From positions 8,204-28,203 of the forward strand of contig DQVM01000047.1 of NCBI GenBank assembly GCA_015661775.1: a stretch of DNA of 20,000 nucleotides. The letters run 5' to 3'. The position numbers were made by a program, and so were the translations under genes. The notes under the pieces were generated by a model. It was not told the origin of the DNA. It saw only the letters and a program-made list of their open reading frames with translations, and did not search any database. The first letter of the stretch is position 1. Each line of letters opens with the position of its first letter. This document shows positions 15,951 to 20,000 of this stretch, in pieces. The stretch is from Candidatus Caldarchaeum subterraneum (GTDB lineage: Archaea; Thermoproteota; Nitrososphaeria_A; Caldarchaeales; Caldarchaeaceae).

Positions 15951-16481
15951 TTAAGGCCCTGAAAAGAGCAGGTCATGTATATACTGCCCAGCAACACCCA
16001 GTATGACGGGGATGGCCAAAGATACTAAAACACGTGAGGCAGCAAACTCCAAGCCCATCAACGGAAACTCCCAAGTTAGAATCCTATGCACCGCCAGCAG
16101 AGCCCATGCGGAGATGTAGGCTATCAAAGCACCAACCGAGGCCCCGGCCTTATAGAGGCCTAGGAGTATTGGGAAGAAGAGGAAGGGCCCTCCGGGGGTT
16201 ACGGCCCCAGCAGCCGTGCCTATTAGAATACCCTTCATCCCAGCCTCCCGCCCTAGGTATGCTGCAATAACCTCGCTGGGGAGAAGTATGGAGAGCATGC
16301 CGGCTAGGAAGAACGCTGCCACGACTATGTAAGCGAACCCCTGCGACGGGTTAAACAGCAGGTCTAAGGTCTCCCTAACAGCCTTAGAGACGTTACCTGG
16401 GTCTTTAACATAGCCTACTATGTAGAGAAGCACGGTAGCTACCGCAAACCCAACGACCATAGGATTTACCATAGGCAACAC
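15951..16481 (-). CDS. Membrane permease-like protein, YraQ/UPF0718 (COG0701)-type, single half
   Basis: MLSILLPSEVIAAYLGREAGMKGILIGTAAGAVTPGGPFLFFPILLGLYKAGASVGALIAYISAW. About 5 hydrophobic segments in 176 aa. Confidence 0.7.
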   Translation of the reverse strand: MLPMVNPMVVGFAVATVLLYIVGYVKDPGNVSKAVRETLDLLFNPSQGFAYIVVAAFFLAGMLSILLPSEVIAAYLGREAGMKGILIGTAAGAVTPGGPFLFFPILLGLYKAGASVGALIAYISAWALLAVHRILTWEFPLMGLEFAASRVLVSLAIPVILGVAGQYIHDLLFSGP

Positions 16482-16584
16482 CTACGGAGATGGAAAAACC
16501 TCCAGCTAGAGATAAACCTAGCCCTAAGAGGAGGAATGGGGTTAAAGAAAGTAAATGTTGAGGATTCTTAGGAGAGCTGGTGAA

Positions 16585-17010
16585 TCACGGTGGGGTTATC
16601 TTTATCGCCTTGGTTGGGCAGGAGGCTTCACAGGCCATGCAGAATATGCAGTCAGCCTCCCTTATCGGGTCTGACTTATCGGTTCTATACTTCTCGTACT
16701 GCTCACCCTCTAGGGGCCAGAGGTCGTTCCCCGTCCCCGACTTACCGGGGTTGAGGAGCCACTCAAACACGTTAACTGGGCATACGTCCATGCATATACC
16801 GTCAGCCACGCAGGCCTCGAAGTCAACTGCAACAGCCTTTCCATGTATCCCCAGCTTCGTGGGGTAGGGGTTGCCGTTGGCGTCGTAGCGCTGAATCCCC
16901 TCAGCCCTCACCTCATGCCCATTATGCTCGCCGGTAACTGGATACTCATCCGGCTTATTAAGAAAATCCGGGTCTATCCCCTTGGGCGAGTAATCAACTT
17001 CACGAGTCAA
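16585..17010 (-). CDS. Zinc-containing 7Fe-type ferredoxin
   Basis: TGEHNGHEV and LGIHGKAVAVDFEACVADGICMDVCPVNVFEW (His/Asp Zn ligands, first cluster with Asp in place of a Cys), then DCIFCMACEASCPTKAIKI. Matches the archaeal zinc-ferredoxin layout. Confidence 0.95.
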   Translation of the reverse strand: MTREVDYSPKGIDPDFLNKPDEYPVTGEHNGHEVRAEGIQRYDANGNPYPTKLGIHGKAVAVDFEACVADGICMDVCPVNVFEWLLNPGKSGTGNDLWPLEGEQYEKYRTDKSDPIREADCIFCMACEASCPTKAIKITPP

Positions 17011-17087
17011 CGCCGATCAGCTAATAGCTATATCTACCCACTATTTAACCTATAACAATCATAAATCAAATCTTTACCAAATAAAGA

Positions 17088-17125
17088 GTCAACCCACAGC
17101 TGTGGCTAGGGCTTCGCCTGTTGAC
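17088..17125. other. Compact predicted three-way-junction RNA/DNA fold in an intergenic region
   Basis: Outer stem GTCAAC (17088-17093)/GTTGAC (17120-17125), inner hairpin CCAC-AGCT-GTGG (17094-17105) and a second short hairpin GGGC-TTC-GCCT (17109-17119). Confidence 0.35.
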
Positions 17126-17183
17126 GTGGATTAACTTATAGATGCAGGTTCTAAAACAGGGTTATGTGCTTGTAGCTTCTATA

Positions 17184-18620
17184 TCATGTTAAGCCGCTGG
17201 TTTTTGGGATGAGTTTCCCGGGGTTCATTACGTTGTTTTGGTCTATCGCATTCTTGAGCGTTTGGAGGAGCTTAATCCCCGCTTCCCCATGCTCCCTTAG
17301 CATGTGCTTGGCCAGCCTTATTCCTACTCCGTGGCAGTGTTCCATGCTCCCGCCCATGCCCTGGCATAGGGTTAGCATCTTATCTATCGCCTCCTCAGCC
17401 TCCTCCAAGGCCTCCTCCCTGCTTGGCTCCGCCGGTCTGTAGAATACGATTGAGAAGACCTCAGGGTATCCCCATAGGCCGCGTTCGTAGAGGAGGAGTC
17501 CGTGTTGTTTCATTATCTCAGCCGTCTTCTTCTTATACTCCAGCACCTTGCTTGTAGGCAGGTAGACGTGTATGTAGTCTAGTAGGTTTTCGTGGAGCCA
17601 CTCCACATCCCTCCCAGTTTCTAAATACTTCTCGTATACGTGCATTAATGCGTGGCGGTTTTTCCAGAACTCCCTTGCCCAGCCCTCGCTTAGTCTTTCT
17701 CCCCCATACTCCCTGCATATCTTCTCTATCCTGCTTATCTTAGCCTCCACCTCCTCCTTGAAGCCCTCTACGAGTATGAAGAGCTCGGCCTCGTAGTCGT
17801 GTGTAGGGTCTGCGTCTCCGTATGCCTCCTCACCCATGTCTAGGACGCTGGTCCTAATCTTGGCTCTCCTCATGGCTTTAACAGCGTTGAAGCCCGCGTC
17901 GAAGCTGGGGAACTCGTAGCCCAGCATGGCCTCTGCCTCAGGTAGTGGGTGGAGCCTCACGGTAGCCTTGGTTACTACGCCGAAGACGCCTTCAGAGCCT
18001 ATGAAGATATGCTTCAGCGAAGGCCCTGTTGAAGTAAACTCCGCCGGCCGCGTCTCTAGTATCTCTCCGTTGGGCAGCACAACCTCAAGGCCGAGGACCT
18101 GCTCCCGTATAGAGCCGTAGCCAGCCACGTAGTATCCCATGCCGCTGGTAGCTATAGCTCCCCCCAACGTTGCTCTAGGGGCGCTCCAGGGGTCGTGGGC
18201 GAACATAAGCCCCTTCTCAGCGGCTGCTTCGTTCAGCTTCTGTATAGAAACCCCAGCCTCAGCTGTCGCTGTTAAATCCTCGTAGCTAACCTCTATCACC
18301 CTGTCCATCCTACGTAGGTCTATCATTACCGCAGGCTCTACTGTGGGAGCGGCTCCCCCCATTACTCCAGTCCCCCCGCCGTATGGGATTATTGGAATCC
18401 CATTCCTGTTTGCTGTTTTTACGACCTCGGCCACCTCCTCCGCAGAGCCGGGGGTTATTATTATCAGGTTCTCCCTCCTCAGCTTGGGTCTTCTGAAGGC
18501 CCTGTAACCCATCAACGCCCCCCAGCCGTAGCGGGCTTCACCACCAACCACTACGTTCCCCTCCCCAACTATATCTGCGAAAACCCTCCTAATCCCATCT
18601 AACTCCAGCAACAAAACCAC
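17184..18620 (-). CDS. FAD-binding oxidoreductase, GlcD / alkyl-DHAP synthase-like
   Basis: IIPYGGGTGVMGGAAP (PP-loop type FAD binding), WSAPRATLGGAIATSGMGYYVAGYGSIREQVLGLEVVLPNGE, FIGSEGVFGVVTKATVRLHP, C-terminal GSMEHCHGVG..NVMNPGKLIP. Confidence 0.93.
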   Translation of the reverse strand: MVLLLELDGIRRVFADIVGEGNVVVGGEARYGWGALMGYRAFRRPKLRRENLIIITPGSAEEVAEVVKTANRNGIPIIPYGGGTGVMGGAAPTVEPAVMIDLRRMDRVIEVSYEDLTATAEAGVSIQKLNEAAAEKGLMFAHDPWSAPRATLGGAIATSGMGYYVAGYGSIREQVLGLEVVLPNGEILETRPAEFTSTGPSLKHIFIGSEGVFGVVTKATVRLHPLPEAEAMLGYEFPSFDAGFNAVKAMRRAKIRTSVLDMGEEAYGDADPTHDYEAELFILVEGFKEEVEAKISRIEKICREYGGERLSEGWAREFWKNRHALMHVYEKYLETGRDVEWLHENLLDYIHVYLPTSKVLEYKKKTAEIMKQHGLLLYERGLWGYPEVFSIVFYRPAEPSREEALEEAEEAIDKMLTLCQGMGGSMEHCHGVGIRLAKHMLREHGEAGIKLLQTLKNAIDQNNVMNPGKLIPKTSGLT

Positions 18621-18630
18621 CTGAAGGGAT

Positions 18631-19713
18631 TTACTCCAAGTACCTATTCCTATGGCCTACTCCCCTGCATTTTATCCTAGCACGCCCACCAAGATTACCT
18701 TCAACCTCAAACTCAGCCCCCGTCAGTCTCCTGCACACCTCTATAGCTGTTGTGGTGTGCGTAGTTAGCCGGGTTGTCTCATACTCCGAAACCCCCTCCG
18801 CCAAGGCTGTCCAAACAACCAGCTGATCCCCTAGATGGCTGTCAACCGGCGCCTCTGCGTCTATCTCCTCCAATATGCTCTTCACAGCCTCCTCCGCCAC
18901 CTTCTCGGCTGGAACCCCTTTCTCACCCAGCTTGTCAACTCCCAAAGCTAGGTCACCCGCCCACGCGTAGAGGATTATCCCAGTCCCAGGGTCTGGGGAG
19001 CATCTTGGGTTGTTGGGCTGGAGCGCTTCTCTGCTTATCTCAGCGTCGTAACCCCTCTCCCGAAGCATCTTCTCCGCAGCCTTAGCCATCCTCTCTGTTA
19101 TATGCTCAGGCAGTCTGCAGCTGTACGCCATTCCTGTCACCCTCCTTACCTTGGGCCTGCCTGTCAGGTTTATCGGGTTAAGCACCTTCACCGGGCTTGA
19201 ATGGGCTGATATCACTCCCTGACCCCTTGGGTAGAACCCCCTCCTATGCAGCCTAACCTTGAAGACCGCCCCCATCTTGGCAAGGACTGGTAGAACCACG
19301 TTCTCAAGGTATTCAAGCGGCGGCGCTAACGGGTTGTTGGTCCCTCCCCTTATCAACGCCTCTACACCTGAGTCGGCGAAGGCCATGACGGGCATTAGAG
19401 ACTGTAGTATGAGCGTCGTGCTCCCTGCTGTTCCTGCGTCGAACTCGAACCTACCTCCCCTTACCCTAGATGGGTAGAACCTAATCTCGGTAGAGCCTAC
19501 GGCTAGGCCTGAGACGCTGGCGTTGGATAGCTGGGCTACAGCCTTCACGGCTGTTAAGTGCTGCGGCCTAAGACCCGGAGGCCTTCTCTTGGCGCGTATG
19601 TTAAAAACCCTAAGCGGCCTCTGCATAACAGCAGCTACTGCTACCGATGTTCTTAGAATCTGCCCACCACCCTCCCCAAACGCCCCATCAACAACAAGCT
19701 CCTCAACATACAT
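18631..19713 (-). CDS. rtcA: RNA 3'-terminal phosphate cyclase
   Basis: VDGAFGEGGGQILRTSVAVAAVMQRPLRVFNIRAKRRPPGLRPQHLTAVKAVAQL, GTAGSTTLILQSLMPVMAFA, RGFYPRGQG. C-terminal VGVHLGDQLV equivalent is SHLGDQLVVWTALAEG. Start set at internal Met 19713 (MYVEELVVDGAFGEGGGQ). Confidence 0.95.
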   Translation of the reverse strand: MYVEELVVDGAFGEGGGQILRTSVAVAAVMQRPLRVFNIRAKRRPPGLRPQHLTAVKAVAQLSNASVSGLAVGSTEIRFYPSRVRGGRFEFDAGTAGSTTLILQSLMPVMAFADSGVEALIRGGTNNPLAPPLEYLENVVLPVLAKMGAVFKVRLHRRGFYPRGQGVISAHSSPVKVLNPINLTGRPKVRRVTGMAYSCRLPEHITERMAKAAEKMLRERGYDAEISREALQPNNPRCSPDPGTGIILYAWAGDLALGVDKLGEKGVPAEKVAEEAVKSILEEIDAEAPVDSHLGDQLVVWTALAEGVSEYETTRLTTHTTTAIEVCRRLTGAEFEVEGNLGGRARIKCRGVGHRNRYLE

Positions 19714-19781
19714 ACTACACCAACCCAGATAATGCTGCAATAATAATTAACATACCTACAGAAAGAGTCTCTAAATAAAAT

Positions 19782-19964
19782 ATGTTTTCAAACACTAAAC
19801 ATTATAAAGCCGTTGGAGAGCCTGAGCTTTACGTCAAGCAGAGATGTTTCTCCTTGCATGCATCTAATTACATCATGTTAGGCGCATGGTTTATGCGAGC
19901 CTGTGTAAAGATAGAAATACTTGCTCCTTTTACGCTGGCTGTGGAAAGTCTTGGGAGATGGTGA
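19782..19964 (+). other. Unassigned small ORF (60 aa)
   Basis: MFSNTKHYKAVGEPELYVKQRCFSLHASNYIMLGAWFMRACVKIEILAPFTLAVESLGRW. Not antisense to a recognised gene, AT-rich TATA-like sequence just upstream, but no recognisable domain. Confidence 0.2.
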
Positions 19965-20000
19965 GGTAAGGAGGGGGTTCTTTATCGGTAGATTCCAGCC

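Noticed and set aside
1-20000. CRISPR arrays, transposases, terminal inverted repeats or tRNAs
   Set aside because: Reading both strands showed no regularly spaced direct repeats, no transposase-like translations, and no convincing tRNA T-arm/acceptor pairing. GGTTCTAAAAC at about 17148 resembles a T-arm start but has no matching stems.

Overview
This 20 kb window looks like a chromosomal segment from a thermophilic archaeon, probably of the Thermoproteota/TACK type. That lineage call is inferred from the Zn-containing 7Fe ferredoxin, an aKMT-like methyltransferase, the isolated 5S rRNA and the TATA-type promoters. The left 13 kb is a nucleoside uptake and catabolism island. It contains a PfkB kinase plus a BtpA-family protein (minus strand, truncated at the window edge), cytidine deaminase, nucleoside hydrolase, DeoC, a ribokinase-like kinase, uridine phosphorylase, a lone RecF/SMC-like AAA ATPase, a second BtpA-family paralog, and a complete BMP-type nucleoside ABC transporter (ATPase, substrate-binding protein, two permeases). 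The right part carries citrate synthase, a stand-alone 5S rRNA gene, an M48 metalloprotease flanked by two matching zinc-knuckle motifs, an aKMT-like methyltransferase, a YraQ-like membrane protein, zinc ferredoxin, a GlcD/AGPS-like FAD oxidoreductase and RtcA. No CRISPR array, transposase or classical defence operon is visible. The most notable points are two BtpA-like paralogs embedded in a nucleoside salvage locus that lacks a visible phosphopentomutase, loss of the NxD aspartate in the ribokinase-like protein, the dual-zinc-knuckle M48 protease, a solitary AAA ATPase, and two small intergenic secondary-structure candidates.
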